Origin: Blepharisma stoltei ATCC 30299
Taxonomy: Eukaryota > Protista > Ciliophora
Length of the DNA: 64,000 nt
NCBI GenBank assembly: GCA_965603825.1
Contig: CBFDEM010000038.1
Location: forward strand, 499,582-563,581
Direction: 5' to 3'
Within the stretch, counting starts at the first letter, position 1; each line of letters starts with the position of its first letter. Below, piece by piece: positions 35,441-48,320 of this stretch. Made by a program: the position numbers and the translations under genes. The notes beneath the pieces are model-generated. The model searched no databases. It had not been told where the DNA came from and saw only the letters and a program-made list of their open reading frames with translations.

Positions 35441-35688
35441 TTTATCAGATAATTATAAGCTTCTTAACGACCCAAGGTGTTGAGAATATTTATAGAGAGT
35501 GGAAAAAGCAGAGATATGGTAAAAAAATGATGCCAAAAAGTAAAAAAAGTTATTAAATACGGCTACTTCGCATGAGATGCGAAAATGTGTGGAGAATTTT
35601 GATATAAAACGTAATAAAAATCCTTTATAAAGCTATTTTGTAACCTAAATTATTTGAAATTTAAACCTGATTAATTTAAACATAAGTA

Positions 35689-38600
35689 TTATTCTTCTCG
35701 AATAATCCCTTTCTGCCTTATTTTCTCAAAGAAACTGCTTGCAGCTATTTCTGAAGACTTCAGTTTGGAAACATCTCTTCCTTCACTCACAAACTCTTCA
35801 TCTAAAAACACCCTAGTCACAAACTCAGAGGATTCTGGGTTCCTATAGTTTTCCACCTTATACCTCTGTATTCTTACACTCCCAATCTTCTGCTTTTGGG
35901 CCCACATAAGCAATCTCGAGTGTGGGTGCTCCTCAATTCCCTTTGGATTCGATATGTGCTCTATATGATTTTTCATAATTTTGAAGATAATATCTTTGCA
36001 CACCTCAAAAGACCCTGAATCAAGATATACTGCCCCTACAAGTGACTCTATTTGGTCAGCTAAAACTTTCAGTCCAGGATCAGGGAATTTCTTCATGTCG
36101 ATTTCTCCTTCTAATTCCATCCTTTCTTTAGCTTGGACAAGTGCTTTAATGTCTTTTGCTAAATCAGCATTATCATGCTTTAGATGCTTATATAGCCCAA
36201 GCTCAAAATTCAGCAAGGCAAAAAACCTATTATTGACTCCAGCTGTTTTCATTTTGCTTAAAAGCCCTGGAGTTGCCTCTGGGTTTTTTATCATTAAATG
36301 CTCTAGGACCACCAAATCAATAACAGCGTCGCCTAAAAACTCTAGTCTTTGGTAATCGCAGCCTTTCATAAGAGACGGATGGGTCATTGCTTCTGCAAAT
36401 AAATCCTTATTTTTGAACTCATAGCCAATTTTAAATTCAATGTCTGTAAACTCCCCTTCGATTTTCCCATAGTCAATTACAGCTGGAGGATGATCAATCA
36501 GCTTAAAGTTAGCTAACAGCTGAGTCGCTAGCTCAAATCCGCCTTCTAAATAAGCAGCCCCGATAAGCGCTTCAATGCAGTCAGCTAGCTGCTTGTGACT
36601 GATTTCTACTACAGTGTTAGAAGGCTTGAAGTAGAGCTCTCCATCTTCTTCTAAAGTTTTGTCCCAGCCAAGCTCATCACAAGCCTCCTTTTCATTTTCT
36701 TCGTCGCTTGAGCTTGGGATTTCTATATCGTCATTAAAAATCTCATTCATCCCTGGGGCAAGCCATCTTTTTGTATTCAGTGGCTTAACTTGCATATATC
36801 TGTATATTTTAAGCTGTAAGGCAAGCTTAAATAACCGATGGTTTGAAATAATTTCTATACGCTTTTTTGTGAGGAGGCCTTCTGGATCTCCTGGATTTAT
36901 GTGGTAGAGATAGATTGAGGTAAGGTATTTGAGGACACAGTCACCTAGAATTTCTAGTCTTTCGTAGTTAGAGAGCTCCAGGGCACTTGTGGAGGTTATT
37001 GCTTCGATTATTTTGGTGGAAGGTAAGGGGATGTCGATTTCTTGCTTAAGATTGATCATCAGGAATATCTTGTTGAGCTTGTTCAGAATAGAAGGGGTAA
37101 ATTTGCCTAGCAGAAGATATTCAGCTGGGATCGGAAAAATCTGAGCTAAATCGTGGGGAATATAAGCAGTTCGGGAATGGTCTTTCCCTGGATTCAGCTT
37201 TGGACGATCAAATTGCCTAAATGTCCCAAGTTTTCTTGCTATATAAACAACTGAGCTTTCTAAGTTTAGCCCATATTTTGTATGATAGTATTCTTCAACC
37301 GACCAAACTCTATGCCTATGCTGATCCTCAAATTCATAGTCCAAACCATCCTTAATTTCTTCATAAACAACAAAAAACTCATGCAGATGCGTCGTGTATA
37401 TTACTTTTCCAACCGCGTCAAATTTCGCATCATTTGGCTGCTTTACAAAGTCAATTGCATTATTAATAGTTTCCCAATCAATCTCATCCCCCAATAATGG
37501 TATCACACAAGTAGGGATTTCAGTAATTTCTTTATTCCCAAAAATCCCAATTTTTTCATTTTTCCTGATTTTTTCAGCCAGATTTTTGTACCTCATACCT
37601 AAAATTGAGTTAAAAATGATATGGAAGGTTTGAATTTTTAATAATTCTTCATTTGTATAGGTCTTTAAATTTAATAGCACTGGCATTGCCGTAAACGGGA
37701 ATAAATTGCATTTTCCGCAACTTTCGTTAGGGTCGTGAAAGCTTTTGTCATGCTTAATATCAATCCCACGGTATCTGAATAAATTGTAAGGAAACACTGT
37801 AAAAGGCTCTCCTGGAATTTCAACTGATGATAAAATCCCAATATAAAGTGAACAATTTTCAGGAAAAACTGGATTCAGCTGGATTTTATATAAAAATAAA
37901 TGTGCGTCTTGTCTAGCACGGATAGTGAAAAGGGAAAAGATCTGTGGCATAAGAGTCATAGACGTGAAATCTTCTTTTGAACGCTTTGCTCTGATTCTTC
38001 CTCCGTTTTTGTTAATAAATTCAATTTCAGGATCATCGTGTGGGTATTCTTTTTCAGTTGAATTTTCAGCCCATGTTGGTCTTAAATGCTTATTTAGCAG
38101 CCCAGCGCTAAATAGTTCTCCGACAGCTTGCAGGCTTGCGTCTTCTTTTGATTCGTTTTCTTTAGGCCAGAGTTTGCTTGATCTAATTGGTGATATTTTA
38201 AAAAGCTTAGGAAGCTTCAATGTGCATAAATATCCTCCTCTTAAGCTATTAACCCCAGGAATAGTGCATTCTCCAGGCCGATAATACTTATATTCATAAT
38301 GTGGCTTTAAAACTGTATATTGGTCAGTCGGGTATTTTTTGCAGAACTCTTTAATAAATTTTACACTCCATTCGATGCACACTTTTGCCCCAGTTTCTGG
38401 GTTTTCGTAGTACTGAGGATTAGGCATCTTTCGGACTGGCTTTGAGAAATTTTCATCAGCAATTGTTTTAAGCCAGGAAATGGCGTCCTCAAAGCCATTT
38501 AGCTGTGCCTCCATATCTTTTTTATTACCATGCTCCACAAGTACCATAAAAGTTGAGTTTTGGTCTCTAGCTCTCCCTTTTGACTGCACATAAGACCTTA

Positions 38601-39894
38601 GATTAGTAGAAGACCCATCAAAACGAATCACTAAATCACAGGATGGAATATCAAGCCCTTCCTCAATTATAGTCGTTGCTACCAAAACATTGAAGTCTTT
38701 ATTTTTAAATCCTTCTATAGTCTCCCTTTGACAGCGGCCTTTCATTCTATATGTCCTAAAATTTCCTCCTCCAGTGGTTTTTCCTATCAATTTTCCAGCT
38801 TTTATTTCATAACTTCCTTCAGCAGAAAAAATTTCATTCAGTAAATCAGCTAAGTATCAAACAGTGATTTTTCTTTCTGCTAAAACTATGACTTGAGAGG
38901 AATTCTCTTTGCCTTCGAAATGTTTTTTAAGCTCATTGACGAGCAGCTTGACTCTTTCTGATATATCCATTCTATTGTTTATAAGCTTTGTAATTTCATG
39001 CTTTATTGACTGATTTTCGGCTCTTAAACAAAGTTCACGTAAGTAGAGAAACAGTCCTCGCCTTCCGAGCAAATTCAGCAAATATAATCCATAGTTGTTG
39101 ATTTCGGTGACTAATAAAGTTGATTCTTCACATGCAGGAAGGTTTTCCAGACTTCTTAAAACAAATTCAAAATTGACCTGCTGGCCAATCTTTACCTCTT
39201 TTACTACAAATATCGGCTTATTCGCAATACTTGCTACGCTTTCTCTATCTATTGAGGCAAATTCGCAGTCAAGAAACAAGCATAAATTTTCTAAATCATC
39301 CTTTAAGTTGCCTTTTTGCTGCAAATTTCCATGAATAACAGGAGATGCAGTTAAGCCCATGACTTTTGGCTTGTATTTAGAGTTATGATAAAATTCCTTC
39401 ATAATGCTCATATAAGGGTGGTTTCCATTGCAATGATGGCACTCGTCAAAAATCATCAAGGAAAATTGGTTTAATCGGAGATATCCGTATCTAAGTGCAT
39501 TTAAAAACAGCTGGGGTGTTATCACTATTAATTGGACTCTTTCTAAGGCTTCTTGCCAAGTTTGATAATCCCATCGATCTGCAATTTCGCCTTCAAGGCC
39601 TATAGATATAATTTCGAAGTTTTTCGAGTATGAGGCTTGTTGGTGCACCAAGGCAATATTTGGGGCTAAGAAAACAGATTTGCCAAGGGTTTCTTTTATG
39701 AGATTCATTGCTATAAAAGTTTTCCCTGTTCCTGTATCTAGGAATGCGATGATGTTTTTTTGACGGGCGATATCTAAAACTTGCAGCTGATAAGCCCTTG
39801 GGTGATTTTTTTCAATATTGAGGTCGTCATCGAAATCAGGGGAGTCTAGTTCGTCAGATTCGTGAGAATTTTGAGAGTAATTAGAAGAGCTCAT
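35689..39894 (-). CDS. DCR: Dicer ribonuclease (1401 aa): DExD/H helicase, dimerisation domain, PAZ-like region, two RNase III, dsRBD
   Basis: PRAYQ, DTGTGKT, DECHH, GLTASP, EEGLDIP and YVQSKGRAR. RNase IIIa ERLEILGD..ADCIEALIGA; RNase IIIb QRLEFLGD..ADQIESLVGA. Two track ORFs are joined by a single TGA. Confidence 0.95.
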
Positions 39895-40445
39895 ATTTAT
39901 ATATGTTCATATTTCATGAGGGAAAAATGTTTAAATTTAGGGAAAAATGAAATTCTATAGATAATAAATTAGATATTATTGATAAGAGAGGGTTAAAGAT
40001 AGACCGCATCAGGCTAAGAATAAACTGAAGCAAATTTTAAGAATTTTAATTCTAATTAGAGCTAAAGTTAATTTGTCATCTAATAGCATATGCAGCATTA
40101 ATTTTTGATTAAGATTTTAATAGTTTATGTATTGGAAAAGAAATATTTCGTTTTAAGCTTTCTCTCATAACTACTCAAAAGAATATAAATGTATTTAAGT
40201 GTCAAAATAAAACTTTTATATAAATTCAGTTATCTAGACTTTTCTTAGCAATAGGAAAGAAATAATACATACACAAAAACTATAGATATATTATAAAAGT
40301 TAATAGTCACTAACAAGATTGGTATTCTCTAACACTAAATCAATACCACCTTTTTTCATGCACTTCTTATGAAAATCTCTATATCTCCATCCCATCATTA
40401 TCAATTTTATTTAATCATCTTCCGATATTCTCGTCATAATCAAAA

Positions 40446-42413
40446 ATGGATCGACAACAGTTTAAAGAAACAAAAAAGATCCTCGAGCACTCCCCACAAT
40501 GCAAAAACTCAGGGTCAAGAGCCTTCAAAAACACAGCTTCTTCTATAAATGAAGAAGACAGCAGCCCTCCCTTTGGCTCTGAAGATGAAATTTTTGATTC
40601 TTTTAGCATCATGGGGTCAATCAGTGAAGGTGTCCAAGTCCAAAAGGTCCCTAAAGTCGAAATGAGCCCGAAAATTATTAAAGTCGAAGCTGCACCTCTT
40701 GATGCGCATTTAGAGAAGCGCTTATACGACTTCTTCAGAGACCCATCACAAGATGATTTCGTTGGCAAGCTTTCTGACCTTGATAAATCGAGCGAAACTA
40801 CAGAGCCAACCCAGGAGGGGAACGAAAGGATGAACCAAGCTCTATGAGACGCAGCTGAAGCAAATCAATATGAAACCTGCAGAATGCTCATGGACAAGCA
40901 TCTTCATGGAGATATAGTGGCCGATGTTAATAGCCACATGGCAGGTGGACTTACAGCCCTTCATATAGCTGCACTCAAAGGGCACGTCAAAGTATGCGAA
41001 ACACTATTGGATTATGGAGACAGCACAGATTTAAACTCACAAGATGCCTCATTGAGGACTCCTTTACATTTGGCATGCATGCACGCAAAGCTGCAAGTGG
41101 CTCAGCTACTAGTCAGGTCAGGAGCTTTTTTAAATGCAGTCGACATTGATGGGAACACGCCTTTGCATTATGCAGTTTTGACTGAAGATAAAGACTTCCT
41201 CCATTGAATTTTGTGCAGGTTCCCAGACTTGAACTTAAAAAACAACCAAGGGAAAACTGCTTTAGAAATGACAGACAAAATCAGTATCCACGAAATGGCA
41301 GAAAAGAAGCGGTCACCACCTCCGCTGATTGATATGACCCCTCAGAGAATAAAAATCAGGAACTCAATAGACGAAATAGCTGACTTTATGATGCAAAGGG
41401 TTTCTAATGTAAAATGCCCTTTTAGCATCCCAGAAACCCCACATCCAGAAAAGAAAAGGATTTCTCCACTTGATTTTCAAGCAATACAACAAATTGGAAA
41501 AGGCAGTTTTGGAGAAGTTTTTTTAGTAGAAAAGAAAGACACCCATGAACAATTTGCAATGAAAATCTTGAGGAAAAATAAAGTAATGGGGCAGAATATT
41601 GTGAAATATGCTATGACTGAGAGAAATGTCCTGAGCTATATGAAGCATCCATTTATTGTAGGGCTAAAATATGCATTTCAAACCCAAAATAAGCTTTTTT
41701 TAATATTGGATTATTGCCCAGGAGGGGATTTAGGATCCCATATAGCTAGAGAAAAAAGGTTCAGTGAAACTAGGGCAAGAATTTACCTTTGTGAAATTTT
41801 GGTAGCATTAGAAGAGCTGCATAAGCGAGATATCATTTTTAGAGACTTAAAGCCAGATAATGTCGTTTTAGACTCAGAAGGCCACGCAATGTTAACGGAT
41901 TTTGGGTTGTCTAAAGAAGGGGTCTTAGATAACTTCTCAGCAAAATCCTTTTGTGGATCTGTCGCATACTTAGCCCCAGAAATGCTAAAGCGACAAGGCC
42001 ATGGCAAAGCTGTTGACTGGTATTTATTAGGAGTTTTACTATATGAAATGCTGGTAGGAATCCCGCCTTATTTTTCTCACAATAAAGACCAACTTTTCCA
42101 TAATATCCAGCATTCGACATTAAAAATCCCTACAAGTCTGAGCCCAGATGCTAAAAGTCTGATGAAAGGCTTATTACAAAGAGAACCATCTAAAAGGCTA
42201 GGAAGCCGACGAGATGCTGAAGAAATCAAAGAGCATCATTTCTTTTATGGGATAAACTGGGACTCAGTTATGAGAAGGGAGTTGAGGCCACCACGGCCTC
42301 CTAAGCCAATTATGGTCCATGGGACTGTTTCTCAAGAAAGGGTAGTGGCTGCAGAAAGCTTGGTGAATAATGAGACCACCCACTTGACTGGCTGGACATT
42401 TATATCTGAATAA
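40446..42413 (+). CDS. Ankyrin-repeat AGC (RSK/AKT-like) Ser/Thr kinase (655 aa)
   Basis: Ankyrin repeats TALHIAA, TPLHLAC and GNTPLHYA; kinase motifs GKGSFG, FRDLKPDN, DFGLSKE and SFCGSVAYLAPE. Three ORFs joined by two TGA. Confidence 0.93.
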
Positions 42414-42485
42414 TGTAAAATGCTTAATTAAGTAATAATTATGGATTTTATGAAATTTTAATTAATTATTTAAAAGGAAAATCAA

Positions 42486-43118
42486 ATGTCGAGGAGGTCG
42501 CCGTTTATTAAAGTTGAAGCACTTATGGATAAATTGTCTAAAGACTACCCAGCGCTGAATAAAACAGTAATTCCTACAATTTCACATAGATCTACACCTG
42601 TGGGAAGAAATATGACTCCTGTAAGGCCGACTATTCCTCCGGATTTTGCTATAATGATGCTTAAGGAAAACACGAAATTTGCGAAAATAAAAGACTTGAA
42701 GCTAGCGAAGCCACCTAAAAGGCCAACTCCTTTGACAGTAAAAGTCCATGAGTATGAAGCTGAAACTTCATTGAATTGTTTCATGAAACACATCGCTACT
42801 GAGTCTTATGAACGATATTTATCGGAAAGGGCGCCAGGTTTTAGGAAAGGAAAAGAAATATATGTAAAAATCCCAGAAGGGAATGCTAAGAAAAGGAAAA
42901 GAAAAGTTGGGAAAATGGCTTGCTTAAGTCCAAGTAATTTGGAATTGTTGGGGCAGAAAGAGTTTTCGAATACTCAGCCTGAATTTATTAAAAAAAATCT
43001 GACTTCAGTTAATCGAAGATTGCAGAAAACCGTCAAAAACTGGTGCCTAGCTGAAATGAAAAAGAAAAGCACAGATTTACAGTTAATTGATCATTACACA
43101 TTTAGATCTAAGCATTAG
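42486..43118 (+). CDS. Hypothetical basic protein (210 aa)
   Basis: Uninterrupted ORF with typical AT-rich leader; no domain recognised. Confidence 0.72.
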   Translation: MSRRSPFIKVEALMDKLSKDYPALNKTVIPTISHRSTPVGRNMTPVRPTIPPDFAIMMLKENTKFAKIKDLKLAKPPKRPTPLTVKVHEYEAETSLNCFMKHIATESYERYLSERAPGFRKGKEIYVKIPEGNAKKRKRKVGKMACLSPSNLELLGQKEFSNTQPEFIKKNLTSVNRRLQKTVKNWCLAEMKKKSTDLQLIDHYTFRSKH

Positions 43119-43446
43119 AGTGTTTTGGTATTTTACGAGAGTATAAGCTGAGATAATTTTTTCAACTTTAAATTGATATTTTCCAAATATCTTTAAATTT
43201 AAAAAAATAGATATGAAGAATATTTTTTTGGTAATTTTATACAATCTATCTCGTTAGAAAATCTAATAAGCTCAGTTCCTTGTAGAATTGTCTATAATAA
43301 ATCTGTCAAAAATTCAATTCTTTCCTAATAAGCTTTTAGAGCAAATCATTTTATCTCCTCATTAAGAATTTAATAACGGTAAATCAGTATTAAAATCATT
43401 TAGCCTGCTTTTCTTCAACTTTTCTAATTCCATATTGAATTAACGT

Positions 43447-45252
43447 ATGCAAGTATCAGAGCTGGAATTATTTAAAGAAGCAAGTAAAGAGCCTAAATTT
43501 TTATATCAGTACACTGACGCTCAGGTCATGAAGATTTTATATAAAGTTTGGTCTGGGTTCACCAAGTTTATCAGGAGTTTAATTATGCAAGGACGGAATG
43601 TTAATTGTATGGAATTCGGAAGATTTATTTGTGGGTCTGAAAATAAGGTAAAATTCATCCCAAATCAAAAATTTCTCAGTTCAGGCGGATTTTCTTCACA
43701 TCTAGAAGAAGAAAAAATTGATAAAAGTAAAGACCAACATATAAGTTACTCTGCTATTGCGTATGCAGCTAATTTAGACCGAGAAGTAGTTAATAAAGCT
43801 ATAAAAGAGATTATAGGTACAGCAATAAAAGTATCAAGCAGTGGGAGAAATGTGAAACTTGATATGAGGGTTGGGGTGCTAATTATTGGGAATAAAACTT
43901 TTGAGTTTAAATATGGGTTAGAGTCTGGGACAAGAGCAGAAGGCCAGAGATCTCCAAGCTTAAGTTCAGCAAAAACTCCATCAACAAGCAGATGCACTAT
44001 TTTTCGTCCTGATTCTGAACAAAGTGCTGGATATCACCCATCAAATCCAAATCCTCGATACCAAGGCTTAAGTCCTGTCAAACTCAAGCCAATCCCAGAA
44101 AAAACTTCTGAAACCTCCATACCTTGGCCTTATTTGCCAGAAGCCTACAACGACAAGGTCTCGCCTGGAAAAGGTACCAAAAAGCTAAACATCCCTCCCC
44201 CAATTTCTGCTCGAAAGCTTTTAAATGACCAAAGAGCACAAATTGAGCAAAAAAAAGAGAAAAAAGAAACAGAAAGCAAGCAAGCCAAAGAATACGAAAA
44301 TAAACTGATAAAAGACATAAACCAAAGGCTGATTTCAGACAGAGAGTCAAAAGAAATCGCTGAATGAGAAAAAAAGCTGATTTTTATAGAAGGAAACAAA
44401 AAACAGCTAAGAGAGCACGATGAAAAACGCAAGAAAATTAAAGAAGAAAGGAATAAAGAGTCTTATGATTATTTTCCTTTTACTCATGGAGATGCTCTTG
44501 AGCAGAAACAAAGAGAAATTAAAGAAGAATGGCAAAAAGAAATGAACCAAGTCAGAGAAAAAAGCAGCTCAAAAGCACGCTCAAAACTATCAGACTCCTA
44601 TATAGCACAATACCCAGTATGGTTAAAACAAGATGAGTATGCACCGATAAGAAGAATTAATGAAGACCACGTAGAAATCGTAATGGATCAAGCTTTGCAA
44701 AGATATGAAGAGCAGCTGCAAAAAATTGAAGAAGAAAACGTTAAAAGAGAGGAATTAAATGAAAAACAAGACAATTTTAATAAAGCATTTGAAAAGCTGA
44801 AGTCCAAAGAAAGAGAAAAAGCTATCAGAGAAAACGAAAATATTTTACGAGAACAAATGAAAGAAAAAAAACTAAAAAAGAAAAAAGAAACAACAGAAAA
44901 TAAAGAGCTTGAAAACACGAATTTCGGGCCAGATGAAGGGGTAAGTGAGCTTATGGAGGAGGCAGAAGAACAAGCCAAAATAAAAATGGAATTAAAAGAA
45001 GCTCTACAAACACAAATAAAAGTAAAAAACATATAGGAAAAGCATGAAAAGCTGAGAAAAAGGCAAAAAGAAGAAAGGGAAATGGATATTTCTCTAAATC
45101 AGCTGTTTGAAGAAGCTTGGGAAAACGAACAAATGAATTCCAAGCTAAAATCGCAAGCAAATAAGTAAGGATTATATAGGAACCTCTATAAAGAAGTCTG
45201 GCTTAAACAAATGAAAATGAGGCAGCTTCAAAATAATTTATCAAATGAATAA
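43447..45252 (+). CDS. CCDC81-like protein: two N-terminal HU-like domains plus long coiled coil (591 aa; two 15-nt introns)
   Basis: VWSGFTKFIRSLIMQGRNVNCMEFGRF and ISYSAIA..SSGRNVKLDMRVGVL resemble the paired HU domains of CCDC81. E/K-rich tail; introns 45022-45036 and 45165-45179. Confidence 0.75.
45022..45036 (+). other. 15-nt spliceosomal intron GTAAAAAACATATAG
   Basis: Removes an in-frame TAG; the coiled coil continues; A at position 10. Confidence 0.85.
45165..45179 (+). other. 15-nt spliceosomal intron GTAAGGATTATATAG
   Basis: Removes an in-frame TAA; A at position 10. Confidence 0.85.
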
Positions 45253-45267
45253 ATTGTTAATTAATAA

Positions 45268-45510
45268 ATGGGTCTCAGAAATAAGAAAGATGCAGTCTCG
45301 AGTTTTGTGCTGAGAGCTCAAATGCTAATATTTTTAAGCATTTCAGCATGATTAGTTCACCATCGCTATCATAAAGATCCTCTTGAAAAGAAGTCAGCTA
45401 GATATGAGGCAGAAGATATCTCTGTTTTCAATCTAATTAGGAGTCAAATTATTATGTCTGTGAACAACATGTTTAGAAAGCCTCCAAATGAGCCTAAGAA
45501 GCCTGAATAA
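45268..45510 (+). CDS. Small 80-aa protein with one predicted hydrophobic helix
   Basis: MGLRNKKDAVSSFVLRAQMLIFLSISA(TGA)LVHHRYHKDPLEKK..KPPNEPKKPE-TAA; coding-like composition between AT-rich spacers. Confidence 0.62.
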
Positions 45511-45651
45511 TTTTAATCACGATTACTAATAATTCTTGAGGTATTTTGGAAATTACTTAATTTAGTTAGAGTTTTGAAAAGGTTAAGCTTGTAATGAGAT
45601 TAAAATAAATATAAAAATAAATAGAGAATTGCATTTCATAAGAGAAATAAT

Positions 45652-46527
45652 ATGGAATGAAGTAAAACAGAAGGCAAGAGCAGTGATCATAAACCAAAAG
45701 ATTCTAAAATTATCCATAAGGAAACCCATTTAAAAGATCTTCCAGAAACACCATATATTTCATATATACCCAGGAAGGAGTGCTTGAGGACTTTTGACGT
45801 TTTAAAACAGGTTAAATCTGACTCTACGATAAATCTACCAATGCAACGAGGAAATATTAATGATATTAATGTAGTATTATGCCGGCTACCAGAAAACAAA
45901 TATTTTTGTTATTGCTGTAGAGCTTTTGATGAAATTGGGACTGTTTTTTGTATTGATTCTCACAATCATTTAGAGATTTTTGAATCTGAACTGGCCTATT
46001 ATCAATCATTTTGCGTTTATTGTGATGGATTTGTATATGTTCTAGGAGGAAATAATAAATCTAGCCCATTGAGCCAGTGTATTAGGTTTAACTTATTCAA
46101 AAAGAGATGAGAACGTAGAGCTAATTTTGTAAATCAAATTTATTATTATTCAGGAGGGCAAATTCAAGGATTTATCATTTATTCTGCTATGAATGGAGTT
46201 AATATTTATGATCCTTTTGCCAATTCCCATCAAGAAGTACTATCTAATCTGTCCATTTCCAAGTTGGTTTTTGCAGGAAATTGCAAAGGGTACTGTCTAG
46301 AGTTTTCTGGAGGGATTTATGAAAGTGATTTTAATAATATTTTTGCTTGGAAGCATGTGGGGAAGCTTTATTTTAAGTTTTCACCATTGCTGGGATATGA
46401 AGTTTGTATCCAAAATAATATTTATTTCACTTGCTGGCCATATGTTTATAAATTTAGCTTGAATAAGTACACTGTTGAGGAGTATTTTAGCTTTGAAAAC
46501 CCTGAATCTTACTTAAAAGCTATATAA
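45652..46527 (+). CDS. Kelch-like beta-propeller protein (291 aa)
   Basis: LCRLPENKYFCY and VYVLGG..CIRFNLFKKR(TGA)E; similar to the propeller of genes 46608 and 59624. Confidence 0.8.
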
Positions 46528-46607
46528 ATGGTAAGTAGTTTTATAGAAATCACGAAATTTACGAAGTCCAGTTTTTATAAATTTTTTAATAAACTTATAA
46601 TTTTAAT

Positions 46608-48320
46608 ATGGTGATACTGAGTTGCTTTCAAATAGACTGCAAAAAAGAAGTTAAGTATAGGTGCCAGTGCACTTCTCCTGAGACTTACATGTGCGAAAAA
46701 CACTTATCGAAGCACCTTAAGCGATTAGGCCAACATTCCTTTGAAAGTATGTTCCTGGAGCCCCTAGATCAAACAAAAGAAGCTATTCTGGAATTTATTA
46801 CAAAAAAACAAACTAAAAATGAGAAATTAAAGAAAAAAATTCTAGCTTATTTTACGATAAGAATAAGCAGATCTGAAATCGGGGTTAGAGAGATGATAAG
46901 CCAGCTCGATTCTGACTCAACAAAACTGTTTTCTCTATTTCAAAAAATTAATATGGTTAATAAAGTATCTATTCTCGAGCAGGATCCGATTTTAAAACTA
47001 TTGCCTTTACCCCCTGATGAAGCAATTGTTAGAATTAAACCAATTATAAAAAATCTAGATTCAAAAAATTATAATTGCAGCTTAAATGATGCTGAAATTG
47101 ATAATCAGCTGACTAAAATTAGGGAATCTATTTCGAATCTGAGAAATGATATGAAGAAAGACAAAAAAGAGCTTGAAGATTGAAAGAAAAAAATAGAAGA
47201 GAAACTTGGAACTCTTATAGAAAAGCAAAAATGTGAAGACCCTCTGCAAATTAATAATCTTGAAGAAAAATTACAAAAAGAACTTAAAAATATGGAAAAT
47301 TCAATTAATTCCCAGCAAAAGAATGCATTGCTTCCAATTTTAGAATTAAAAAAAAATGGTATGGAAAACTCTCAGGTTAATTTTCAAATAAATGAGCTGA
47401 AAGAAAAAAAAAGACTATTTTTAGACGGACAAAATAATTCAGAGATAGGAAGAGACTTCAGAAGAACTTGCTGACTTTATGAAAATGAGCTAAAAACGCT
47501 TTTAGAGTCAAATAAAGATTTGGAGGAGGCTTATCTAGACTACAAAAATAGTTATAATCAATCAGTTTCTATATACCTTTTAAACTTAGATGACAACCAA
47601 AATACCAATTTGATCATTTTTGACACAGAAAATGAAAAAGAAGCTTTTGTTAGGCTAGATAATGCAAAACCATTAAATACAGGCACATGCTTAGCCCAAA
47701 TTCCTGGAGGCGAATTGTTTTGCTTTGGCAGTCAATACCCACCTTCTGGAGTTACTATGATGATTGATACAAAATATAAAACTCGGATGCTGCCAAGTGG
47801 TAGACCATGCTACTCTTCTTCATCTATATACTGCAATAGAAGCATTTACTGCTTCGGCGGATTATCCAAGAGTGATGAGCTATTAACCCTAGCAGAGAGG
47901 TTTGATTTAGATGAAATGAGATGAATAAAATTATCTCCATTGCCAGCAGCAGACGGTAATTGCCATTGCATATTGTTCAAAGAGAATATTTTGATTTCTG
48001 GCTATCGAAATCAAAACCTTATGCGGTATTCAATTAAAGAAAATGCTTTTAATTCAATTCCTTTTAAATTTGCGGAGAGAAAAAAGAAGCTTTTAATTAA
48101 TGACGATAGGTTGTATTTGATTGAGTGTGATGGGTTAATATATGAAAGTGAGGCTGGAGATGAGTATAGATGAAAAAAAATCGGGAACTCAATAATTAGT
48201 GATAAATGACCTCCTCAAGTTTATTTGTCATACAATAAAGAAGCAGTTTACATTGGATGCAGGTATCCTCATGCCTATTATAAGTTTAATTTAGATGAAA
48301 AAGTAATGATTCAGCTTTAA
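46608..48320 (+). CDS. B-box-like Zn module + coiled coil + Kelch-like propeller (570 aa)
   Basis: C-x4-C-x7-CxC-x7-C-x2-H-x3-H-x6-H N-terminus, EQDPILKLL motif, and IYCFGG..AERFDLDEMR(TGA). Four track ORFs lie in one frame. Confidence 0.85.

Noticed and set aside
35567-35583. Hairpin TTCGCAT-GAG-ATGCGAA between Dicer and epsin
   Set aside because: A 7-bp stem is expected by chance in 64 kb; no tRNA or snRNA features around it.
46531-46546. 16-nt GTAAGTAGTTTTATAG after an ATG as a possible intron
   Set aside because: Lacks the conserved A six bases from the end, and splicing gives a short ORF stopping before gene 46608.
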